The notes beneath the pieces are model-generated. The model did no database searches and was not told the origin of the DNA. It saw nothing but the letters and a program-made list of their open reading frames with translations. Positions 12,797 through 23,496 of a DNA stretch of 64,000 bases are shown here, piece after piece (position 1 is the stretch's first letter; the number at the start of each line of letters is the position of its first letter). This stretch comes from Azolla caroliniana (Eukaryota > Plantae > Polypodiophyta), in the NCBI GenBank assembly GCA_043228905.1, contig JBHGNT010000007.1:12090001-12154000 (forward strand). The letters are read 5' to 3'. A program made the position numbers and the translations under genes.

Positions 12797-14079
12797 TGTA
12801 ACCCCGTGGGCCGCCGCCGCCGCAATCCGCTAGAAGTGAAAGTCGAGAATATGAATGGAAGCAAGAAGAGAGGTGCATTCTAAAAGCACGAGGGCAGATC
12901 GCAAAATTTCAAAAATTGGAGGGCATCAAAACCGAATTTCAGAAGTTCGAGGGCATGCGACCAAATTTCAAAAATTGGAGGGTAGAAGGGAAATTTTCGA
13001 AAATTCAAGGGCATAAAAAAAACAAAACTTGAGCGCAAAATTTTAAAGACCAAAGGGTGAAAAATATAAAACTCACTTCACATGATGAAAGAAAGAATAC
13101 ACAAATGCACAACACGATTTCACGACCCATGCCACATTGAACTAGCTGATTGGTGTATGATCCAATCACGACTTGTGCTGACCGAACGAGAAGGTTCGAG
13201 TCAAGCAAAGCTCCGATCGAAGTTATCGATCGTAGAGTAGTGATTTGAGGGATTTCCGACCGTTGAGATGACCTATGGCAAGTGGATTCACCGTGCAATG
13301 CACTGTCCCATAGGCGTGCCATGTGTTACCCGTAAGAATGTACGGGGAGGCATAAGGGTATGCGTAATGATGTGGTTGATCTGTATGTGTAAACTAAATG
13401 AGTATGTGTGAGCACATGCACAATTATGTGCATGTGACAAGAGTGTAACGGTCATTATTTACCGTTACATTATGTATTATATAAACCCCTTATGGGGCAT
13501 CTAATGGATATACATGTTTCCCCTCTTATTTGGTGTCATTTCCTATTTGTCTTTCTCTCTTGCTCTCTCTCTAACTTAACCCCCTTGGGAGGGAGGTGAA
13601 GCCATTCTAGGTTTCACCCCCCACCCCAACAACATCGAAATCAAGGAGTCCGGCTCGAGTATATCGTGCCGAAGACACCAAAGCTTAATGAGCTGGCCGA
13701 GAGAATGAACCGAATCGTAATGGAAAGGGTCCGAAGTATGCTTGCACATGCTAAGTTACCGAATATGTTATGGGCTCAGGTGCTGATGACGGTGGCGTAC
13801 ATGATAAACTGATCACCCTCAGTACCCCTGGACGGTGATATCCCACAAAGGGTGTGGAGTGGCAAAGACATTTCGTACCGACATCTGAGGGTGTTCGACT
13901 GTCTTGCCTATGTGCATGTGGCAAAAGAGCAAAGGGGAAAACTAGACCGGTAATCTCGGCTAGGTATATTTCTCGGTTATGGAAACGATGAATTTAGCTA
14001 TCGACTATGGGACTTAACCGAGAAGAAAGTGATTAGGAGCCACGACATTGTCATCACGGAGGAAAAGACAATAGTGGCC

Positions 14080-14933
14080 GGTCAACAAAGTAACCATTTG
14101 AAACACAGGGATTGGGCCGACAATTGACAAGTTTGTGGAGGCCTTCACGGGGAGGTTGATTTACTCAGTCGGCGACTTGTACTCTGGATATGACTAGTTC
14201 TAGCTAGCCATGGAGAGTAGGAATATCACGACGATGCGAACCCCTCTCGATCTAACTCGGATGTGTACCCTGCCGCAAGGAGGGACCAACTCGGTGGTGC
14301 ACATGATGAATGTAATGAACAAGGTTTTGAGGGACTACATCCCGATCAAGGGATTTCCGGAGGAAGCAAAGGATGAATCGATCAAGCTGGACAGATGTCG
14401 GAGGTTTGTTGCAGACCACATCTCCGAGTGCGAGAAGATATTGCAGAGGCTTGAGGGCGCTCGGTTTACCTTGTCCGGGGAGAAGGCAGCATTCGGACAA
14501 CCCGAGATCCTAGTTGTGGGGCACCTGTGCAGACCATACAAACAGAAACCGTCTCCGGCGAAGGTAGAGGCCATCTCCGCGATGAAGGAAGAATGTAGGT
14601 TGGTCACGGAAGTTCGGCGATTCTTGGGAGCGTGCGCCTTCTACCACATTTGGATCCCACACTACTCGCACCTTGCGGAGCCGCTCTACGGGTTGCTAAA
14701 GAAGGGTCGGAAGTTCGAATGCGGCGCAGAGCACACGAAGGCGGTTCGAAAACTAAAGGAGAGGCTAACAGTAGCACCGGCCCTCCGGAAAGCGGTATAC
14801 AAGACAAATACTTTGGTTTACGTAAGGGTGGAGATGAGTCTGACCGGAATCGGGTGGGTGGTTCATCAAGAAGACGAGGATGACATACGGTTCCCCATCC
14901 GGTTCGGTGCGAAAGTGTTGAGCAAGTGGCAAT
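14080..14933 (+). mobile_element. pol: Phygy/Selgy-like Gypsy RT/RNase H fragment
   Basis: LPQGGTNSV, VRRFLGACAFY and RFPIRFGAKVLS match ORF 25878-27062. The catalytic DD segment is deleted. Confidence 0.85.
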
Positions 14934-15340
14934 TGTTGGCCAGTGGCGGCCAAGTATGGAGGGACGAAGAGGCGAGTTGGTTCGTAGAGATAATTGAATA
15001 ACTAAGAATTATGTTAGGAACGAACAGATCCAGAAGAGGTATGCCAATTCGGATTTGGACTGATTCATAGCCGGTTGCCGGTTAGGCACCGTTTTGTAGC
15101 ACAAACCGGATGCTTATAAAAGGATCCGGATATCATAATTTGTATGAAGGACAGAATATTAATATAAGAGTGTGTTATTATTAATATAAGAGCGTGTTAT
15201 TATTGTCTATCAGATCTTTATTCCGTCCTATTTTTAATGTATTGATCTTACGCGTGTAACACACTGTGTGATGTGAATCGGATCTCAACCGGACATTAAC
15301 CGGTTGAAGCCTGTCGAAGTCAGACATCCTTACCACAACC
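14934..15340 (+). mobile_element. Probable LTR fragment of an unidentified family
   Basis: Starts TGTTGG where the pol homology stops. TATAAAAGG near 15115 and a short tandem duplication. Right end and TSD not established. Confidence 0.4.
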
Positions 15341-15364
15341 ACCCCTTTGGTGAAGTGATCTGGA

Positions 15365-16936
15365 AGGAGGCCCTATGTTAAGTTTGGCGTGTCGAGGTGA
15401 CGCAAACCGAGCTCACCCAAGAAATGCCATAACTTGTCGAGACCAACATGCTTGGTGAAGATGTCGGCAATCTGCCGACCAGTCAGAACATACGTTAGTT
15501 TGACCTCACTAGAAAGGACATGCTCGCGGATGAAATGGTAGTGCACCTCAATGTTCTTGGTCCGAAATACAGGGTTTTTCGCAAGGTGGATGTTGTTGAG
15601 GTCGTCGCAGTAGATCGTCGTTGGATCGGACACCTCTACGTGCAGATCCCGTAATAGCCGTTTCAGCCAATATTCGGCATCCGTACTCGACACGCTACTG
15701 TCGACTGCTTCTTATTGCTCCATGCGATCGCCGCACTTTCCAATGAGAATGCGTATTTGGATATGGATCTACGATCCTGGGCATTTCCGGCCCAATCGGC
15801 ATCCGTGTAGCCAACTAACTGTTTGGCTACGCATACACGATACAACAACGCCATGCCTTGCGTGCTGTTGACATATCGTAATATTCTTTGCGCACATTAA
15901 GGGTGTTCGGTCGTGGGCTGCGACATAAATTGATTGATCATTCCGACCGGGTAGCTGAGGTCCGACCGGATGATCGTTAAGTAGATGACGTTTCCGACAA
16001 TCTATCGAAACCGTGTCAAGTTGCACACCTTTCCCAAATCTTAGCGAAGCTTTACGTTTCTATCCAGAGGGGTCGAGATGGGCTTACAATCTGCCATCCT
16101 GAACTTGAAGAGCATATTCAGCGTGTAATGACGGTGGCTGATCAATATGCTTTCGGGGGAACGGATCACTTCGATACCAAGGAAGTAATGAAGGTCGCTA
16201 AGATCCTTCATTTACGCGGCCGATTTCTTCTAGGTCGGCATCGGGGATGACTAAATCAACAGCATAAAGTAAAAGACAAACCGGTCCATGTTGACATTGA
16301 CGAACGAACAAAGAGGAGCCCGATTTGGACGTTGTAAACCCCATTCTACGCAACTCTTGTATAATCTTCGCGTTCCAAGCTCGCGGGGCTTGCTTCAGGC
16401 CGTATAACGCCTTCTTCAATCGGCAGACTACCGAAGTGTTCTGTTCAGATAGAAATCCGGGGTCTGTACCATGTACACCCGTTCCTCAAGATCACCTTGC
16501 AAGAACGCATTCTTTACATCCATCTAATGTAGATGCCACCCCTTCACCGCACCTACGGCTAGCAGAACTCACATAGTAGTCCTCTTTGCGACTGGTGCGA
16601 AGGTCTCGTCGTAATCTCCGTCGTGCTTTATATTTGTTAACGGAGCCATCGGTGCTGTATTTCACCTTATACACCCATCTACATCCGATTCTCTTTACAC
16701 CTTTCGGTACGTCAACTGGGTCCCAAGTTTCATTGTCTGTTAAAGCGCAGATCTCTTTCTCCATCACGGCACACCAATTGGCTTCTTTCACTGCTTCTGC
16801 GTAGCTCTCTGACTCACGCACTTCCGCCACTCGGGTCATGTACGTGTAATGGTGCGCCATGTATTCATTGTACTTGTACCTCTTTACAGGGTTCTTCATG
16901 TGGGTATTTCAACATAATTTGTGATTACCTGATTTC
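15365..16936 (-). mobile_element. pol: Degenerate Copia RT-RNase H, relative of the 32143/45760/54522 family
   Basis: [50 protein letters not shown] matching LTR remnant lies at 18611-18806. Confidence 0.88.
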
Positions 16937-18610
16937 TGTTAGGAAACAGGTCCCTCCGGATGCGAAGTGAGAAGAACAATGTTGATGAGCAAACTCGGCT
17001 GAGGCTTATCGACCTCGGTCGAATCCGGATGTGGAGTACCCGGCAACGGAAGACTCGGTTAGAACCGGATGACGAGTACCCGGCACCGGAAGACCCGATG
17101 AGAACCGGATGTGGAGTACCCGGCAACGGAATACCCGTGAGAACCGGATGACGAGTACCCGGCAACGGAAGACCTGGTGAGAACCGGATGACGAGTACCC
17201 GGCAACGGAGGACCCAGTGAGAACCGGATGACGAGTACCCGGCAACGAAAGACCGGTGAGAACCGGATGTGGAGTACCCGGCAACGGAAGACCCGGTGAG
17301 AACCGGATGAAGAGTACCCGGCAACGGAAGACCCGGTGCGAACTGGAGGTGGAGTACCCGGAAACGGAAGACCCGGTGAGAACCGGATGACGAGTACCCG
17401 GCAACAGAAGACCCAGTGAAAACCGGATGTGGAGTACCCAACAACGGAAGACCCGGTGAGAACCGGATGTGGAGTACCCAGCAACGGAAGACCCGGTGAG
17501 AACCGGATGTGGAGTACCCAGCAACGGAAGACCCGGTGAGAACCGGATGACAAGTACCCGGCAACGGAAGACGCGGTGAGAACCGGATGTGGAGTACCTG
17601 GCAACGGAAGACCTGGTGAGAACCGGATGACGAGTACCCGGCAACGGAGGACCCGGTGAGAACCGAATGACGAGTACCCGGCAATGGAAGACCCGGTGAG
17701 AACCGGCTGACGAGTACCCGACAACGGAAGACCCAGTGAGAACCTACTGACGAGTACCCGGCAACGGAAGACCCGGTGAGAACCAGATGTGGAGTACCCG
17801 ACAACGGAAGACCCGGTGAGAACCGGATGTGGAGTACCCGGCAACGGAAGACCCGGTGAGAACCGGATGTGGAGTACCCGGCAACGGAAGACCCTTTGAG
17901 AACCGGATGTGGAGTACCCGGCAACGGAAGACCCGGCGAGAACCGGATGACGAGTACCCGGCAACGGAAGACCCGGTGAGAATCGGATGCGGAGTACTCG
18001 ACAACGGAAGACCTGGTGAGAACCGGATGACGAGTACCCGACAACGAAAGACTCGATGAGAACTGGATGACGAGTACCCGACAACGAAAGACTCGATGAG
18101 AACCGGATGTTGCAGGCCCAGAGAGAACCGCTCACCGGATGAAGGGACATATATGTAAATATATAAATATGTAAAACCACGGCAGCCCTCAAAATGTAAA
18201 ATATCACTATATCAAGATTACAACAATGGGGCACAGAGGCAACGACCTCTTGCTCCCTCGATTCGCCACCAGGCGGTTACAACAGAGGCAACAACCTCTT
18301 CATCTCTTGTCCTCTCTCTCTCTCTCTCTTTGTACACAGTTACGCTCAGAATTATCGCCACAACGATAATCACACAATCAACTCTATCATAATCATAATC
18401 AAGTTTGCCCTAGGTCATATTTATACTAATATGACTTTCAGGTTATTTACAAATATAGCCCTGGTGGGCTCTTTGGAACATATTTACATATATGTCCTTT
18501 CATCCAGTGAGAGGTTCTCTCTGGGCCTGCAACATCCGGTTCTCACCGGGTCTTCCGTTGCCGAGTACTCCACATCCGGTTTCCCATCCGGAGGGACCTG
18601 TTTCCTAACA
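16937..18610. mobile_element. Inverted pair of Tork-like LTR fragments (foldback-like block)
   Basis: TGTTAGGAAACAGGTCCCTCCGGATG at 16937 and its exact reverse complement ending at 18610. 18480-18580 is an inverted copy of ~18062-18161. Termini resemble the LTR start at ~5852. No TSD. Confidence 0.8.
17021..18110. repeat. Tandem array of ~27 x 40-bp units
   Basis: Unit GAGAACCGGATG(TG/AC)GAGTACCCGGCAACGGAAGACCCGGT, head to tail, no spacers. Confidence 0.97.
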
Positions 18611-18806
18611 CTTATAGTACTTGATTGCTCATAAATGAGCATCCTACACCTACTCCCGAAATTATTCCTTACGAGGAATAACACTCTAATGGCCTCTCAG
18701 TTTGAAAACCGCCACGACCATATTTTGCGTATGGTTTTACTTACCCATTCTACGCATTGGGTTATGCACCCGTTTACGCACCCAATGTTGAGCTTGTCTC
18801 TCAGTA

Positions 18807-19920
18807 GTTCCTAATAGGATGTCGTCTGCTGATATGGGTGCATGGGTAAGATCGTGGCCGACTGAGGGGAGTTGGATGCGCAGGAAGCTGAGGAGTTGTA
18901 TGACCAAATACGTGTAAAGCTTTCCCTCACCACGACGTACAATCTGGAGGCAAATGGGAAAGTCGAGCGTAGACATGGGCAATCGTGAAAGCATTGGTTC
19001 GAGCTTGTGACGGACGAGTCGGGAATTGGTTGAGACTACTTCCTTATGCGCTTTGGGCTGACTGAACTACGGACAGTTTGGTGACTGGATACATGTTGGC
19101 CGAGCGAGGAACTGTTGGCAACATGGATCCGAGCGGATATTGGAAGACATTGAGCGAGCGATGGCGAGAACAGAGGAAGTGAGGAAAAGGAACAACGCCT
19201 AGTTTGACCGAACGCACCGACTCCGGCCAAGGAAGATTGAGGAAGGCGATTGCGTGCTAGTCTACGACAGCAGCCTCGACAATCAACACCGGTCGACCCG
19301 GAATTTTGCATGACGGTGGTGACGAGCGCAAACCACAATGCCACGTACCACCTGGCGGAGTTGGACGGGACGAAGATAGTAGTAGCGGTTGCGGGGAAAA
19401 GGATAAAGGCCTTCAAGAAACGACATGATGTGGAACCACACCCGGAAACCGAAGACGGGGAGACCGGTGAAAGCATGCAGCCGGATGAAGACCAAACTAC
19501 CAACAGACTGGAGGAGGAGTAAGGACTGGGCTAGAATCCACCGATACATTATTTGGTACATGCCGAAGGATGTGCGGTTTGGTTGGGGTGGATGTCGTGA
19601 AGGATTCCGACCATAAAGAGATGCGAGGCCAAGCGCGTGCAAACAAGTTTGTGCATCGAAGCACACGAACCAAGAAACATGTACAAACATAATGTAAATA
19701 ACATAGGATTGGTAAGTACTAGGTAGTAGGAATTAAGGGTACTTTAAAGTCCCACACGCATAGAGAGAATGCGGGGATTTGATGTGAAGAAATCAAAGGG
19801 AGGGGATCTTTGACATTGATCACGATGTAACGATCTCCCCTTGTGTTATAAAGGGGCAGGCATGAGCCTGTTTTAAGTATCCGGTTTTGTGAGGAAGAAG
19901 TGTTGTCGGTTTGTGGGCCG

Positions 19921-19966
<46 letters not shown>

Positions 19967-22315
19967 AGAAAGATGATGTGTTATGGTTCTCTTTTTTTAC
20001 ATATGTCTCCCTTCTTTACAATTGAATATATATGCATAGGACTTAGGAAATTGGCCTCTCGAAAGGCAAGCGATCATCAATGTATAAAGGCTAAAATGCT
20101 CAAATGGATGGGAAAGGAAGCACATGTATGGATAAACAATATATTTAATGATGCATTACAACATGGTATGCATACGATTGGACTACAAATTGGATCAAAC
20201 CTTTACCTAAAGGTGGAGATGTAAATAATGTAAACAATTATCAAACCATCATGGTTAGCTCATTAATGACAAAACTGTTTGGATGTATAATGGAATCAAA
20301 GATAAGTATATGGGCTGAGAAAAAGGGTAAGAGAGCTTATGGACAAGCTGGCTTTCGAAAACACCATAGCACCATTGATCACCTTGTCACCCTACGAGTA
20401 TTAATGGAGGAAAGTCGCCTTAGAGATAAAGGTTTATATTGTTGCTTTGTAGACTTCAAGAAAGCTTTCTATATGGTACCTCGTGAGCATCTTTGGAGAC
20501 GAATGGAATAACTTGAGGTGCCAAGTGAATATATGCTTGCAATTTATGAGAAGGTTATATGTTGTGTGTGCATGAGAGATAAACTTTCAGATTTTTTCAA
20601 AAACACTATTGGTGTTAAGCAAGGATGCCCACTCTCACCAACAACACTATTTGATCTACGCATTGATGAATTGGAAGAAATGGTTACCAAGTTTTCAAAG
20701 GAAAAATGTGTTGAAGAAGTTGTCATCGGGAATGTTGTGATTATGCTTTTGCTATATGTAGATGATGTAGTGCTTTTTGCAAATACTTTAGGAGATGCAC
20801 AAAATTTTATGAAGGCATTGGAAAAAATTTGCGTGCATACTAAATTAAGTGTCAATAGCTCTAAAACAAATATTAGGCTTGTGAAGAGCCAAAAAAGAGA
20901 TAAACCATGCACTATGTACAACAATGAGTCACTTGAATGTGTGGAAAGCTTCACATATCTTGGCCTTGAAGTTCCTTCAAATCATAGATGGAATGAATTT
21001 GCTACACGCTGCTTAGAGGTAGGTAAGCGAGCATACTATGCATTTGAGAACACATGCAATCTTGGAGATATTAAGTGTTGGGTCCTCAAGGAATATCTTG
21101 TCGACACTTTGGTGACACCGGTTCTTCTCTTTTGGGTGGAAGTATGGGGCGGTAGCATCCCTAAATCTATGTGGAAAGAGTTTGAAAATGTCCAAAAACA
21201 TTTTCTTACAAAGTTTCTACAAGTTAAGAAACTAACGCCCTACACCCTCCTTGAGACCGGATCCGGTTGGATGCAAGATATAGAAAAATGGTTTGGTAGA
21301 TGGGATGCGAGACACTTGCTTCATGATGCATCATTAGATTCCTCTGTAAATGAGGCCTTTTTGCAACGCCAATGTATCATGACATGGGACAAATGTGGAG
21401 GCTCGCACTTCACACATTATACTACACATGTTGCACCTAACTACAAAACCATATTCTTTGCGGAACGGGGAAATCGTACACATCCATACATGTTAGAGCC
21501 CATACTGTTATCTTCCATTCGAACCATTGCTTCCATGCGACTTAGCTCACATGCATTGCGATGTGAAACAGGGCGTTGGGGTACAAGTGATGAGAGTGGT
21601 CAGCTATGCACACTTTGCCCTAAACAAGTTCGCGAGTCTGAGTATCACACTTTGATACAATGCTCTGCCTTTGATCATATTCGACCATGTTTTACACATC
21701 TCTTCGATTGAGCCCAATCTTTGCATGAATTCCTCTCAGAACCACAATGTGCACTCTCGATTGCAAAATTCATTGGTAAAGTTCTTGAACATCGAGAGTC
21801 ACTACTCACTTTCACACATATCACGTGAAATGTAATATTTTTGGTCTCATAGGTCATATTTGACCTCCGAAGACGATAATATAATCTATCTATCTATCTA
21901 TCTATCTATCTCTCTCTCCCTATCTCTGTATAGTAGTTACACACCATAATTCTATACAATGATGATGACAACGAAAAAAACTATATCTCTGTTTGCCCTA
22001 GGTCATATTTATACTAATATGACTTTTGAGCTATTTACACTAATATGACTTTGTGTTGTCTATGATTCTCTAAGGAAGCCTCTGCTCGCACAGGAAGCCC
22101 GTGAGCTCTCGGCCAGAGGCTCTTCGATTCGTTTGTGTGCATGTGTGGGTGGAGGGAAGGTGTGCTCCAAAAAACACATGGCTTTGCTACCGGCCGAGCC
22201 CGGTTGTATTTTACCGGCCGACCAGGCACTCCATCACGGTTGCTCTGCCTACTCCCTCTTACTCCTTGGTCCGAGACTCCCGTGGTCCAGTCTATTTCCA
22301 CACATACTTGTGACA
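18807..22315 (+). mobile_element. Phygy/Selgy-like integrase end, PPT and 3' LTR (19593-22315, interrupted by a LINE)
   Basis: DVVC.YGCMGKIVAD, YHLAELDGT, VAGKRIKAFKKR. PPT-like GGGGTGGA then TGTCGTGAAG at 19593. LTR end TGACA at 22315; its U5 resembles 44790-44851. Confidence 0.72.
19963..21912 (+). mobile_element. 5'-truncated, decayed non-LTR retrotransposon (RTEX/RTE-like LINE)
   Basis: QAGFRK, FVDFKKAF, GVKQGCPLSP, LLYVDD, FTYLG and C-terminal CTLC...H...C. (CTAT)n tail. Sits in a (CT)n tract. Confidence 0.92.
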
Positions 22316-23496
22316 CCAAAAAACCAGCACACTATATATAATGAATGCTCATTTATGCTGAAATGAAGCAAACGTGGCAGCCGACATAGTGGGTGAGTTG
22401 TGGCACATGAGGCTATGCCACATAATCCAGAAGGGGATGCAGATGCTAGTTAAGAAGGATCTCGTACTAAAGGTGAAGAAGGTGCAGTTGGACAAGTGCT
22501 TTGATTCCCTGGCTGTCAAACAGAACAGAACCACGTTCCGATCGTTGGAACTCGTGCATACGAATGTATGCTATGTGGATACAAAGTTGCATGCTGGTTC
22601 ATAGTATTTCGGGATCTTCATAGAAGACTGTAACCAAAAGTTGTGGGCTTCCTTGCTGAAGACAAAGGATCAAGTGGTCTCCTTCTTCAAAGAGTTCCAA
22701 GCGAGGGTCGAGAGGGAAACCGACAGAAAACGGAAGGCCGTCCGAGCGGATAATGGTGGAGAATACCGCAGACCATTCGAAGAATATTGCCGAGCGTAGG
22801 GAATTCGGCTCGAGTATATTGTGCCGAAGACGCCAAAGCTTAATGGGTTGGCGGAGAGAATGAACCGGGCTGTAATGGAGAGGATCCGAAGTATGCTTGC
22901 ACATGCAAAGTTACCAAAGACATTCTGGGCTGAAGCACTGATGATAGTAGCATATGTGATAAATCGATCACCCTCAATACCCTTGGATAGTAATATTACA
23001 CAAAGGGTGTGGCGTGGCAAAGACGTTTCGTACCCAAATCTAAGGGTGTTCGGTTGACTTGCCTATGTGCATGTGGCAAAGGACCAAATGGGGAAATTGG
23101 ACCCAGAAACTTGGCCATGTATATTCCTCGACTACGATGACGACAAATTCGGCTATTGGCTATGGAACTTAGCCGAGAAGAAAGAGATCCGGAGCCATGA
23201 CATTATCTTCATGGAGGAAATGACAATAGTCGATTGGGAGATTGAGAATAAGTCTCGAACTACTGAATCGAACTAAGTCGATGGTCGACCGAATCGATTA
23301 GAAGTCGATTTGATCGAAATCGAATCTGAGCCAGTCGGTTGATTTAGTACTCTGCAAAATCTAGAACCGGTTGAAGAACGAGGGGAACAAGCCGAACAAG
23401 GAATCGAATTCGACTTGGATGAAGAAGAACCGATCGTGCCAAATGGAGGCTGAAGATACCCCCTAAGACAAGGGAAGGCCCCCCGAATATTTCCGG

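Larger units (their letters stand above)
11081..13634. mobile_element. Non-autonomous LTR element B (dual-PBS family) carrying host gene fragments
   Basis: LTRs 11081-11407 and 13324-13634. TSD CTGAA/TCGAA, both derivable from CCGAA by C>T. Splits the host Copia integrase. TGGCACGCCC follows the left LTR; GTCCCATAGGCGTGCCA precedes the right LTR. Confidence 0.93.
5851..14075 (+). mobile_element. Ty1/Copia (Tork/Tnt1-like), 5' LTR, gag, protease, integrase; interrupted by two insertions; 3' part lost
   Basis: LTR ~5851-6164 plus 9151-9377. PBS TGGTATCAAAGC at 9381 (tRNA-iMet type). Gag from 9394 (NYSMWK, CFYCGKLG), protease WVVDSGASFH, integrase to ~14075. Many stops. Confidence 0.88.

Noticed and set aside
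17021-18110. CRISPR array or repetitive protein (ORFs of 382 and 391 aa)
   Set aside because: Units are contiguous with no unique spacers and no cas genes. The ORFs are by-products of a stop-poor 40-bp repeat.
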